Assembly (NCBI GenBank): GCA_964019425.1
Contig: OZ025795.1
Location: forward strand, 744,001-808,000
Length of the DNA stretch: 64,000 nt
Source: Flectonema sp. DT1601
Lineage: Eukaryota
Direction: 5' to 3'
The notes under the pieces were generated by a model. That model ran no database searches. It was not told the origin of the DNA and saw only the letters and a list, made by a program, of their open reading frames with translations. The position numbers and the translations under genes were made by a program. Below, one piece after another: positions 21,849 through 37,000 of the stretch. Each line of letters begins with the position of its first letter. The first letter of the stretch is position 1.

Positions 21849-22982
21849 TTTGCTTTGAAAGCAGCCCCACGCAGAGGACTTCTGAAATAGTTTCTGTTTT
21901 TTTTTGAGGGGGAAAGTGAAAAGTGAACTTAGTCAGTCAGCTGACCATTACCAGATGGCTGCACATCTGACGGGGAATGTAGTTTGTACAAAAGGGAGGA
22001 TTCATACTTTTTGGAGTACATCACATAATTATGTTGTTGAATGTAGAAGTGAAATAATGGTTTAATAGAATAGTAGAATAATATGATGGTGTAATCAATA
22101 ATTAGATTCTATTTTGTTTAAACTAGGTAATTAAAAAAGAAAACGAAAGGAAAAAAAAAAAAAAAAAAAAAAAAGGAGGACAATCTAAAAGAAAAGTATT
22201 GCTCAAATCTACTAAACAATAAAAATAATAATAAAAAAAAAGCAAAGTACTCAACTTTGCTAGAGTTTTTATTTTTTTTTTTTTATTTTTTTGATAATTG
22301 TAATTTGCAAAACGTAAAAACAATCGAAGAAAAAAAAAAAAAAGAAGAAAACGTAGGACCTTGCATTCAACAATAAAACAGATAGCTACATATATATCGC
22401 TAGACACCTGACAATTCTATAACATAATAAACGAAAGATTTGGCGGATTTGGAGGGGAGGGGGTGAAATGACAAAGTAGAAATATAGGGAGATGAAATCT
22501 AGAAGTCTACTACATGGTTACAATATGGAGTAGCTTTGTTACTTTGTGGCTTGACAACCAGAGGGAGAAGATCTCCGAATGAAAAAAAAAATAACAAATT
22601 TGTGTGACAAGGTTGAAGGGAGGAAAAAAACTGGGACATTCCTATCAGTAGACGAAATTTACCGAAACTGGTGTCACGCCAGTGAGTGATGTGCCGCCCC
22701 AGCCAAACTCCCCATCCGACTGGTGTCTCCAAGCGAGGGGACACAAGCCGAAGTCCGTTTGTAACCGGATACGGAACACATACAGAACACTTTGATCTAC
22801 AGGTTATGTGTTAATTTCTTCCCCTTTTCTTTTTTTTGGGACTTTTTTTTAATTATCCGCTGGTTGCAATGAGTCGTCTGTCTCTCTCCGAGAGCTCCTC
22901 TTCGCTGGGGATGCGTTTTTCATCCTTTTTGCAAATCGAATACTCCAAAACGACGATGGACGCTTCGTGACTTCTTCTACTA

Positions 22983-25145
22983 CTAGTAAGCAGCGCTGTA
23001 GTGTTGACCGCTGGGGTACTGGCCTCCCCAAGCTGAAGGTGGAACAGCTGTTTTTTTTTTTTTTTGGTTCTATTTTCCTTTTTTTCATCTCGAAGACATG
23101 CCTTTTGAAAGAGAATTGTTGGCAGCATAAACGTTAAAGCTATTTGTTATAAAGGTTTGCTACACACCTGCTGACCCTATACCAGAATGTTCATCATACG
23201 AGTACCCTCCTTTATGAACTGATGATATTTGGGATTGCGGTGCAGGATGGTAGTCCTGCAACACTTCACTGAAGAGCCCTTGTTGAGGAAGGTCTCTTTT
23301 CTGAGGGTAACCTTGAGAGGTCTGACTCTGGTAGGTCGAATAATTCTCTTTATCCTGACCCGATCCTGGGTGAACACGAGGTGGTGACAGAGGTTTCTGC
23401 AAACTTTTAATTGGACCTTCTTTTCTTCCGAGACTGAATTCGTTTGGTACGGTTACCTGGTTTTTCCAGTTTTTACCCGTCACCCAACCGCCTTTCTCCT
23501 TGTCGGTTTGTAGCTTGCGAGCCATGCGATGCCGCTCTACGAAATCACCAAATCCCCAAGCTTTCCCGTCACCTCCATAGATTCCTTCATCTTTGGATGG
23601 TCCATCAGAGAAGTATCCGATGTTAGGTTTAAACGGACAATCACTTCTCTCTTTGAGATCTCGCTCTAGGCGGGCCTCCCGAAGGTTCTCATCCTTCTTT
23701 TTCATTTGCTGCTGCGCTCGATTGAGAAAGTCCATGTTGTTGTTGGCTCTGTCTAGAGGCGGCCTACAGATTCGTGGTTTGAAGGTACAATCCTCCATGA
23801 CTTTAGATTCGTGTTGTGAGCGAAGGAGACCCATTCTCTTCTCCGATAGTTCCTTACCACGCTTACCTCGAAGATGAAAGTCAACTGTTGAGGAACGTCT
23901 GTGGAGAGATGACGATCGTCGCTGAGATGACTGAACTGATTCTTGAGCATCGAGGAACTGTTGCTGAAGTGCAGAGTAGTCTGTCTTTTGACCGTACAAA
24001 CGCTCTTTGCTAGTCTGACATAATCTACTAGCTATCTCATCAGAGACTGGATTAATTGCTGGCTTGTGAAGATGCTGTTCTCTCTCAAGAGTCTGTCTCA
24101 TTCCTTCTTCCTTTCTAGTTTTAGAAACCTCATGCCTCTCAAGGAGATCGTCTTCAACAGGAATACAACGTCTTAGTACTGCTGCATTCATAGTAATCCT
24201 AGGTGTGTGATAGCATTCTGTTCCTTCATCTTGCATTTTCTTTAGCGCTAAGTGATTCTTTCTCTCTTCTTTATCGAATGACTGTTCATACAATCTTTGA
24301 CAGATTTCACCATCTCTCTGTAAGTTAGCAGCGAAAGGTGTGATTTTTGGATTACCAGGCTGTTGTTCTACCTGCTCCTGTTGGTACTTTTCCCAAAGAT
24401 TTAATTTCGACAATCGGTCTCGTTCTAGAAGGGAGTCAGCGTGGGTGTAATGAGGTCCCCTCGAGATGCCGGAGTCGTCTTTTGTTTTCCTCTCTATAAT
24501 TCTTTGGGAATGCTCGTTTATTGTTGGAGCTGTTTGCATTTGGGAAAGTTCTTCAATTACAACTCTTTGTCTGGCGTCATCCAATTTTTGATCTCTTCGC
24601 TGCTTCCACTGATCTTGTACCCCACCTGAAGTGTTAGTTCGAACAGCTGCTCGCTTTCCTTTCTTTGTGATGTTGGGTTTGAAAGTAAATTGCGGTTTGT
24701 CTTCTTCTCTCCCAGCGCGAGCTTCTTTCAAGTCGTTTTGACGTCTGTTTTCCAATTCAATGAATCTCTCTTCGATCTTCCTGTCGTAGTTCTTTGAGCG
24801 TCCCATCTTTGTAATTCTTGGTTTTGCCCTCAGCTTTGCCAACTCGCTCTTTATTGCAACCTCTCTGCATGCTTCTTTCCTTTGTTCGTACAGCTTCCCC
24901 TTTTCTAGGAGTGTGTCGTGAAGTGGAACGCTTCTTCTTCTCGCGTGGATAATTGACTCCTCCTCTTCACTTAAGGTGTCTTCTTCCCATGCCCTTCCGC
25001 TTTCCTTTGTTACGAATGACGGCATCTCTCTCTGTCCCTGAAGCCATCTCTTGTGGTCTTCAAACTTTTCTTTATAACTTCGTAAAACATCTTCATGTCT
25101 AGTCAGACGATCTTCAATGTTGGTGGAGGCCGCCAACGATGCCAT
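22983..25145 (-). CDS. Charged, repeat-containing (xFKPxI) cytoskeletal-type protein, 2 exons (23168-25145, 22983-23047)
   Basis: Repeats FTFKPNI, CYHTPRI, CTFKPRI, CPFKPNI. GT-AG intron 23048-23167 gives the in-frame tail ...GSA|AVPPSAWGGQYPSGQHYSAAY, ending in three tandem TAG codons. Confidence 0.75.
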
Positions 25146-25407
25146 TGTAAACAGAGAGATCCCAGATCCACCAATCCTGAAATTAAGAAAATAAGTAAAT
25201 TAATTTAGACGACTGCGATACAATAAGTGACTTGGCTGGTAAGAAGTAATAAATTTAATAAAAAATATTTAAAAAAAAAAAACAAAGAGAGAAACAGAAA
25301 AAATATGAAACAACTCTTTTTTGGGCAAGATAAAATTTTATAAAAATATTAAAAAAAAAAAAAAAAAAACAGCTGCAATTGTTTACTAGCTTTGTAGTCA
25401 GAATTTC

Positions 25408-26628
25408 TTATATAAATAGAGGTTGGCAACCAGAATGCTTACACTCATTTGGACAGTAGGGACATTTTAAAATGTTATTTGGTGGTCTCACCAAAGAATC
25501 AATAGCAGAACGAGACAATACATGACAACAAGGCAGTAACATTGCTGGATTAGAACCAGAGCCACAAGTTGTTACCTGTTGGGTTACGGGACAGGAAAGC
25601 GACGATCTAAATATTAAATTATTTGATAGCGCAGGAGCATGAAGTTCTTTAGTTTTTCTGAAAGACTCAGGAAGAGATAAATATTTTTGGAGCGTTGGTA
25701 ATGCTTGCAATCCAGCTTCTAAACAAGTGCTTAAATGAGGTTTTTGAGGAGCTTCCGAATTGACACACCAACAATCTCTAAAACTGTCGCAAAGATCTTC
25801 CCACAAATCAGTATTATCATCCGTTAGAAAGTCGTACGGATTAACATCTGAAACTTTTCCATCTTTTGTTATAAATACTAATGCCCCTACCAACCTCGCA
25901 ATCTCCTTATGCCATTTAGTTTTCGCGTAGATTGGTAAGTGTTTTTTTATATAACTGAACGCCTCTTCTTTATTTCCCTTTTTCAAAAGACCAATAATGT
26001 GTAATCGGTAGATCCGGAATTCTAAGTCATTCACGTGTTCGGAGATCTTTGGTGATGGTGTTTCTTCGTTCCAGTGAGCTTTCCATTCGGCTTTGGCTTG
26101 AAGTAACCAAGCGTGCAATTGAGACGATTCTCTATTTTTTATTGTAGATGTTATTATACGAAGGGACTCATACTTTACTTTATATGATTCATCTATCGTT
26201 ATGTTCGCTTCCTTTTCGAGCATTTGTCCAGCGAGAATACGACCAGTGTGGTATAAGTGTTCCCCAACAACATTTAAAATTAATTTTTTTCTATTTTGCC
26301 AAGGTTCTCCAGAATCATCAAGCACATGGTATAATGATGACGAAGAGAAACAATCAGAAATGTCTTCGATAACGTCTGATAAGTATTTTAATTTCTCATC
26401 TGACTGAAGCCCCGTTTCGTGTTCAGTTTTAACAGCGAATTCTTTAAGCTCGTTCAAGGCGTCTTTTGGGATCATTTTACCTGATTTGAGTAATCCTTTT
26501 ACTTCGTGAAGCTTATCAATCAAATTATCAACTTCTCTTCCGATCCCTTCGCTTAGTTTCTTTTGCCGTTTAACCTCCTTTTCCAATACAACTGGAAGTC
26601 TTTTGAGATCTGTTTCCCTGGTTGTCAT
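25408..26628 (-). CDS. RMND5: CTLH/GID E3 ligase subunit RMND5/Gid2-like (LisH-CTLH-CRA + Gid-type RING)
   Basis: LisH-like VVGEHLYHTG, CTLH DLEFRIYRLHIIGLL, RING FRSSLSCPV...NPAMLLPCCHVLS...LKCPYCP. Confidence 0.85.
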   Translation of the reverse strand: MTTRETDLKRLPVVLEKEVKRQKKLSEGIGREVDNLIDKLHEVKGLLKSGKMIPKDALNELKEFAVKTEHETGLQSDEKLKYLSDVIEDISDCFSSSSLYHVLDDSGEPWQNRKKLILNVVGEHLYHTGRILAGQMLEKEANITIDESYKVKYESLRIITSTIKNRESSQLHAWLLQAKAEWKAHWNEETPSPKISEHVNDLEFRIYRLHIIGLLKKGNKEEAFSYIKKHLPIYAKTKWHKEIARLVGALVFITKDGKVSDVNPYDFLTDDNTDLWEDLCDSFRDCWCVNSEAPQKPHLSTCLEAGLQALPTLQKYLSLPESFRKTKELHAPALSNNLIFRSSLSCPVTQQVTTCGSGSNPAMLLPCCHVLSRSAIDSLVRPPNNILKCPYCPNECKHSGCQPLFI

Positions 26629-26721
26629 AATTGTTTTGTGTATTTCTGTGTGCGATTTGGTACTTTAGAGAATAATAATTTCTTCCTTTTTTTTTTTTTT
26701 TTTTTTTGGTGTTAACAGCTC

Positions 26722-26775
26722 TGATCTAAATGCGGACTCTGGTGACCCGACTGTCTGTTGTCACATCACACCGCA
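26722..26775 (-). ncRNA. Candidate single-hairpin AGA-box (H/ACA-like) guide RNA
   Basis: Minus strand reads UGCGG-UGUGAU-GUGAC-(13 nt)-GUCAC-CAGAGU-CCGCA-UUU-AGA: two perfect 5-bp stems, a 6x6 internal loop and AGA 14 nt after the upper stem. Short, and no target recognised. Confidence 0.22.
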
Positions 26776-26925
26776 GGGGGTTCATTGTTTAATTGTAAAA
26801 CGTATCTGCATTGAACCATAATATTAAAAAAAAACGATAATCTCGCAGGCTTTCAATCCCCGTGTATCCAGGAAAGAACAATCAAGGCATGCCTCACAAG
26901 TAATTAAAATATAGAAATGAGAATT

Positions 26926-26961
<36 letters not shown>

Positions 26962-27395
26962 CAAAGTTAGAAACCTCATTTAAAAAAAAAAAAGAAAAAC
27001 ACGGAGCTGTTGTCAATACGTAACAAAACTCAGCAACAAATAGAACCTTATCAATCTTTTTTATATTTTGAATTTTTCATTTCATTTTATTTTATTTCCT
27101 CCCCCCCCCCCCCCTATTAGCAATTAACACGTTGTTCGTATTGTGCACAACAATTCATCTTAAGCATTGCATTCAGGTGGAGGACTGATGCTGCTGAATA
27201 AAACTGCAGCAATGCCTACACGGACACTGTCTTGAATACCCTGTGATAGTACGTGTGGTTAAGTATTTAATAGTCTCAATCTTTCTCGATATAAAATCGA
27301 ACAGTGATGTTACACTCAGTAAGTATCACGTCACTGTTTTACGATAAGTTGAATCGACGAGTGGTGTAGAACTGTAATAGCAATCGGTATTATTG

Positions 27396-29615
<2,220 letters not shown>

Positions 29616-29859
29616 CTTCACCTTTTAACAATTAAATTAAAAACTTTTATTTCAACAAAAAGATTATTTGGTACAACTGGTTCCCTAAGTCTGATTACAT
29701 AAACAAAAAAACCTGGGAAAAGATTAAAAAAATATATAATAATGTTGTCATAAGGTGGACTAGACGTACAGCAGGTCTAATACCAGAGGTGTCTAAGTGA
29801 CGGGGTGCACACGCATCTGGTTGCGAGGGCTTCACAATCTAACACAAGAGAGAGTTTAT

Positions 29860-30270
29860 TTAGTTATTTTTGGCTAATTCAATACGTGCTTTAGCAGCAG
29901 CGATTCTATCCCGTAGAATAGATTCACGAGATGCAGCAACACCGTCAGCACTGTTCCTCAAGTGAGCAGAGTTCTCAAGAGTGAGAATACGATCTCTTAG
30001 TTGATCTACGAAGGTAGACTGGACTTTGATTTTCTCATCGTAGTGTTCGATAGTATCTGTGATAGTCTTTACAGCTTTCTCAATTCTCTCATCAACCATT
30101 AGTTTCAATTTCTCCTGCTCCTCTTGAACCGAATTAGATGCCTCTGCTGCTTTCTTTTTCGCTTCTCGTTCAGCCACAACTGCATCTGCCAGTCTGTCTT
30201 CGGATTTTACTACTTCGGCTTCGCAATCTTGACGCTTTTCGGTAGCCATTTTTGTTTCTTGCTCGCTCAT
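29860..30270 (-). CDS. Small coiled-coil protein
   Basis: 136-aa ATG ORF, E/K/A-rich and helical. Confidence 0.65.
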   Translation of the reverse strand: MSEQETKMATEKRQDCEAEVVKSEDRLADAVVAEREAKKKAAEASNSVQEEQEKLKLMVDERIEKAVKTITDTIEHYDEKIKVQSTFVDQLRDRILTLENSAHLRNSADGVAASRESILRDRIAAAKARIELAKNN

Positions 30271-31092
30271 CGTTGCTGTCAGTCGGTTTCTGAGTTGGGA
30301 ATTATAATAATGAAAGCGGGGAGGAGAAAGAAGAAAAAAACATTAAAACGGAATCATCTTCCGATCTTCCGCTGTCGTGGATGTAAAAATCTCACCGCAT
30401 GAGAAATAAAACTTCTCATAATCCACGATAGAAAAAAAATAAGACGATATTTTATAATTTAAAAAAGAAAGTTAACTTAACTACCTTCAGTCTTGTACTA
30501 TTAAAGAATTCTTTTTTTTTTTTTTTTTTTTTTTACTTCATTATTTTTTCCCCCACTCCCCCATTTTTTTTTTTTTTTTTAAAAAAGGGATCATTGAGGC
30601 TGATGACACGCACTTACGCAGCAGCTGCTCTACGACTTTGAAGCAACGTATCGATATAACGCATCATTAAGTAGCGACTTAGCAGACAACAGAATAAAAG
30701 AGAAGGGGTAAAGCTCTAGGGTATTTCTATTTTCTATGAATATTTAAAAAAAAAAAAAAAAAAAAAAAAAACATTCAGATGAGCCTTATATTTTGTTGAT
30801 CGCAGGCAGTATTACTGCCGCACAAGGAAAAATAGATAACATTTTAATCATAATAAATAAACGGCTCTTAATCTGATGTTGGTGCAAAAAAGAAGGGGGA
30901 AGAAAAAAAAAACGTCTTCGGCTGAACAAACGTTATATAAATCGTGTTTAGTTAGCTGAAGGTAAGCTAATGCCCATATCATTTTATTATATCAAAAAGA
31001 CTTATCAAAAATAACTAAAAATATTATCATCCAAATTAGATTCCGTAAAACAAAACAAAACTAATAGACAAGGCAATTCAACGAGTGAGAGT

Positions 31093-34000
31093 TTATGATA
31101 TTCCAAGCTCACTTAGCATAGCATCAACATCCTTCTCAAGTTTTTCTATTTCAACCCAATTTGATTTTATTTTTGAAATGCTTGTCTTTGATGTTTTTAT
31201 CATTTGCTGTATTGTTATTAGTAAGTTTTTAGGGCGAAAAGGGTTTTTTTTTTTTTTTTTTTTTTTTTTTGAAAGAACTAAAATCATACCTCGTATTCTT
31301 TTTTAGCCTCGTCAGGTAACCCTAGAAGACCTGGGTCACAGAATTTAACTTCCTTTATGAGATTTTGAATAGCAGCCGTCGGTGTCTTCTTTGGAGAGGA
31401 TTGTTCTGATGACGTTGCTTCTCCAATCTCTTCAACTTGTTGGAATTCATCTTCAGAAGGTTGTTGTTGTGAAGTAGCAGCTGGCAGGGAAATCATCGGA
31501 AATTCTTCTTCACTCTCGATGGGGATTTCTTCATTCGCTGACGGCGGAACAGGATCCGCAGCGTATTCTTCTTCTTCACTCACATCATCAGCAATCCCTT
31601 CCCGCTCTTTGAACTGCCGCAGGGCGTCTTCAGCATTGACACCGTTTTCTCCCATCAAGAAAGTCCCACCTCCTTTCTCAAGGCTCTCTCCTCCTTCACA
31701 AGTTCCATTTAAGATCTCTTCCACACCTTTCGGTGCATCAGGTGTCTCCCTACCTGTTAGTTCAATATCCCTCATCTTAACGACACCTACCCAGTCAGGT
31801 ACTCTGAACCCGATCGCAACATTCGGATCGGAGAAACGACTGAAATCAGCTGCGTGACGGAAACGGTTCTCCATCGGAGTCAACTTCGCCTCCTCGAAGG
31901 CAGCAGTGCTCCCAGGCAACCTGTTTTTGTGAGTGTTGGTTATTTCTTATTAGAATACTAACCCTTCATCGTTATAAAAAAGAAGAAGAGAATAAGAAAA
32001 GAGAATAAATCAAAAGAAAACAACAACCACACACCTCATATTAAATGGTCTCAAGATGACTCCCGAAGAAGACTCAACACAGGGATCTGTCTCAGTATGA
32101 ACGAAGAACTCCGAGTCCTTCACATCTCGCAGACGAACCTGACGACATGCTATCGTCACACAGAGATTGGTACAGTTTCTGAAGAACATCGAGTTCTTGC
32201 AGGGCCCGAGTACGAATTCACAATTCTCACAATCATCAACCATGTAGCTATCACATGGTCCAAGTACTACTACTCGACAGTTCTTAAGAGTGTCGAAGGT
32301 CACCTGCTGTTCTCGTTTCTCAGGAACATCTTCGAGGATCACAGTCTTACCTTGGAAGAAGGAAACTCCGCAGGTAGTCACTTCTGCTTTGTCCCATTTC
32401 GAGACCAGAGGAAGGGCGCTACCTGACACATCCCAGGGACCCTTCATCGGAATTCCATTCTTTGAATCTTCAACAGCTCGGATGAAGAGAGGGCGACCAT
32501 CAGTAGGAATGCTCTTTGGAGATGGTTCCGATTCTGGTTCTGGTTCTGGTTCAGGCACTGGCTGTTTGATCGCTGGTGTTGGTAAGCCTGATGCTGGAGG
32601 GGGTTCACAAAACTTGAATCGAGGGTAAACCTTCTTAAGCTCCTCTGGTAGAGTATCCTGTACCTCAGAAATAATTATTTGATAGTTCAACATGTCTTCT
32701 AATTTAGAACTCGTATTGCTGATGATATTTGTTGGACTCGTTCCAAGACCTGCTTTTGATAAGTCGAAGGGACGATCAAAATTATTTACTGCACCAGAGA
32801 GAGAGAACTTATTATAAGCTGTGTCTACATCAAGTGACCACTGCTGGAGAATTATTTTAGTGCTGTTTTCTAAAATTGGTGGAGACGACACAAACGTGTG
32901 TAACTGACAATCATAACAACTAGCGATGAGAAGCTCATTAGTGATACAATGAACTGTGCAGTTAGAGCAATCTTTTAACCAAACTTCTTCGTTTTGCATT
33001 ATCGCAAACTCGCAATCTAAACATGAATCAATAATTGACACTCTGTTACCATTGCTGTTACTTAGTACAACAGTAGCTCCTATTAAACCTTGCAGAACCA
33101 CTCCATTACTGTCTCCTACGTCCATTACATGCTCTCCATCAACCTCAGCCATTATGCTTTCTTTTCCAACAGTTATTACTGTTGTGCATTTATCAAGTGA
33201 CTCCTTAAAACTTGGGTATAAGTTTGTAAGTTCCTCCTGTTTTTGTTAATGTTTTTAACTTTTAATGATTTTAAAATTGAAGAAATGGGGAACAAATAAC
33301 ATACCCTGCATTTCAAGGTAGGTAACTTCTTGCAGTAGGATTCAAGTTTCGCAGTTGAGACAGTGGAGTGAGGCAGCTCATATTGCTGTTTTGTTTTGTT
33401 TTTATTTTTATTGGATTCTTTAAAATAAGTAGCCTTGAGGAATATAATTATTAAATCTGAATAACATACTGGTAGCGATGCTTCAACTCGTCTTTCAGAA
33501 AGAGGTTTCAATTTCGGAGGAATGTTCGGAGCGTCAAAATTTCCATCAGCAGAGTAAATAGTTTCCACCGTGTTGTTGTTAGCAATATTGTTATTACTGT
33601 TATTAATGATGTCTTCCTCAACTGGTATCTCGACGGGGATTTCTTCATTCGCTGACGGCGGAACAGGATCCGCAGCGTATTCTTCTTCTTCACTCACATC
33701 ATCAGCAATCCCTTCCCGCTCTTTGAACTGCCGCAGGGCGTCTTCAGCATTGACACCGTTTTCTCCCATCAAGAAAGTCCCGCCTCCTTTCTCAAGGCTC
33801 TCTCCTCCTTCACAAGTTCCATTTAAGATCTCTTCCACACCTTTCGGTGCATCAGGTGTCTCCCTACCTGTTAGTTCAATATCCCTCATCTTAACGACAC
33901 CTACCCAGTCAGGTACTCTGAACCCGATCGCAACATCCGGATCGGAGAAACGACTGAAATCAGCTGCGTGACGGAAACGGTTCTCCATCGGAGTCAACTT

Positions 34001-37000
34001 CGCCTCCTCGAAGGCAGCAGTGCTCCCAGGCAACCTGTTTGTGAGTGTTGGTTATTTCTTATTAGAATACTAACCCTTCATCGTTATAAAAAAGAAGAAG
34101 AGAATAAGAAAAGAGAATAAATCAAAAGAAAACAACAACCACACACCTCATATTAAATGGTCTCAAGATGACTCCCGAAGAAGACTCAACACAGGGATCT
34201 GTCTCAGTATGAACGAAGAACTCCGAGTCCTTCACATCTCGCAGACGAACCTGACGACAGGCTATCGTCACACAGAGATTGGTACAGTTTCTGAAGAACA
34301 TCGAGTTCTTGCAGGGCCCGAGTACGAATTCACAATTCTCACAATCATCAACCATGTAGCTATCACATGGTCCAAGTACTACTACTCGACAGTTCTTAAG
34401 AGTGTCGAAGGTCACCTGCTGTTCTCGTTTCTCAGGAACATCTTCGAGGATCACAGTCTTACCTTGGAAGAAGGAAACTCCGCAGGTAGTCACTTCTGCT
34501 TTGTCCCATTTCGAGACCAGAGGAAGGGCGCTACCTGACACATCCCAGGGACCCTTCATCGGAATTCCATTCTTTGAATCTTCAACAGCTCGGATGAAGA
34601 GAGGGCGATCATCATTGTTGTTATCTTCAGTTGAAGTATGACCTGTTGACTCTACTCCTAATAAGAACCTTTCAATCTCTGGTACACACAGTGGTTCGTC
34701 ATTTAATCTTTTCCTTAACTTAAATCCCTGTAATTCAAGACCAATGTAGTCAGGTATTTCTACTTTCGTACAATTAGTAGACGAAGGTGAATCGAACAAG
34801 TTCTTAGCGCCAACATCAATATGAGCATTCTTAAATAGAGTTGGAAGGTTCGGTACTTTCGCATTGAAAGGTGTGATCGTTAGATTAGAACAGTTTGATA
34901 GAAAGAAATTATTAGATACGAATAAGTGAAGTTTGCAATTAGTGAGATTCGATGCGGTGATTTCTTTAGCGGCGACGAACACGTTACAATTGCTGAGATT
35001 GTTAAGAACAACTGAAGAACTAGATATAAAAACAAGAGTACTATCAGAACAGTTCACAGCCTCCGCAGTGGTTGCGACATCAGCGACGATTACCTGACAT
35101 CCGATTGCAGACTCGACACTGAATTCACTTCCATTTAATGAATCCATTACTCTTTCAATACGCTCATCTTCAACATTAGAAATAGTATTCGGTGATATGA
35201 TCCTCGCTGGTTCTGCTACTGAAGGAGATGGAGGCTCAGGGCTTTCCATCGTACTGTTCATTAGAATCCGTTGAGGTGATTTTTGTTGTGCGTCGTGTAG
35301 TTTTCCTTCAGGTTTATCAACAAATGGAAAGACATCATCACCCCATAAAGTTTCTAATGCAACATCACGAATTGAGTACATACTAAAATGAGGTTCTCTA
35401 ATACGAGCATCACTTCTGCTTAAATCGAATACCTTCGTATGTCTACTCCGCTGTTGTAAACGATGTCCACCAAAAGCATTGACTGCCTGACTGTTCAACC
35501 CCTCGTACACTATATTCCATGGATAAATATTTATACCCAAACACCTATGCAGTAACACATCATTGGAACACCACAGGTATAGTTTACAAGAAACCGATGC
35601 CTTCAAAACCAACTGATTGCTACTTAATATAAATATACAGTTAGAACAGTCTTCTATTTGAATAACATCTTTTACAGGGGCTGCGATTATAACTGAATTC
35701 CTACAATTCTTTATAATACCAGATTCATGAACTTTAGAATTACTAAGAGGTTTGATGTGATATATTTCTGAATGACAGACCCTATCAAATAAGAATCTCT
35801 CTGAAGTGTCGCAGGTCGGGATAATGACGCGACGCTTTCGTAAACCTCTTAACACAACTTGAGTAGATGAAGAGTTAGGAATCGGTTCTAAAAATTCTTC
35901 AGGGAACGCCTTAGGACTGGTACTTCCTGATAAGAACGATGGAGAAGTTGGACTCGACGGAGATGAAGGAGTTGGTGAAGATAAACCTGACACCTGATAT
36001 ATTGCTGTAATCGCTGCGTGTTTATTCCCACAATACAAATTAAAGAATTCACTAAACTCAGGTTGCAATACAGGAGAACGTTTTGAAGGGTAAACAGTCT
36101 GATGAGGAGGACACACTGTATCATGTATAACGATACTATCGATTGCATCAGGAAATGGGAATACAATTGGTGCTATGAGTTCACCATCATCATCAACAAC
36201 AGGAATCTTTTGATAACCAACTTGTGATAAATGAAATACTTCAGATGGTTCAGTTGGTCTGTTGTCTCTGACAATCCGACTAGTCTCCGCTTCTAAGTCC
36301 CATCCTTTCTCTTCTAATTGTTTGTCAAGAAGAGGCCAGGCAACATTGAAATGACCAAATTCAAAACTACTCTGTGAAACTGTACAACCAGCCTGAGACC
36401 ATATTAGTAAACAACATTGTGAACTGTTGGCTACAGTTACATGCTCACACATGGCAACTATTACACATCCGATACATTCTTCAATAGTGAGAGTATCAGT
36501 TGGCCCAAGTATTACTAAACACGATTGAAGTGATCTCAGTTTTACATCTTCCAGACAATCAAGAAACATAAATGAACATCTACTATTGTTATCTAAATAG
36601 ATACTTGCAGCGTTGACTTCAGAAGGTCTTCTAATAACATTTACTTGTGATTCAAATCGAACAAGTAGACAGTTGTCGTCATCACACTTAACTGGTGGTT
36701 CAAGATCTCTAAATTTGTAGCATGATTGTGATTCTTTACCTTCTTCACCAACTGAGAGTTTTAATTCGTTAGGAAATAGCGAATAAGGATTAGGAAGGAC
36801 TTTGATGTGATTTTCTTCATCAACGTCACCGTTTCCTACTTCGTTCCAGTGATTGTTGTAGGGGTCAAGGTCGGCAAATTTAGCGAATTCTTCCTGGTTT
36901 CTGGTACTTAGGTTCCAAGGACCAACTGTTATGTCATCAGCCTTGCAGTCAACAACTTGTAGTGGCATTGATGTGTACAAACCTGGCAGAACAATTCGTT

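Noticed and set aside
22625..22800. GC-richer block with small hairpins as an ncRNA
   Set aside because: No tRNA, snoRNA or snRNA motifs recognised and no second copy seen; may be 3'UTR.
31284..34033. ORFs 31284-31919, 32010-33152 and 33176-34033 as separate tandem genes
   Set aside because: Phase-compatible GT-AG introns join them into one continuous frame.
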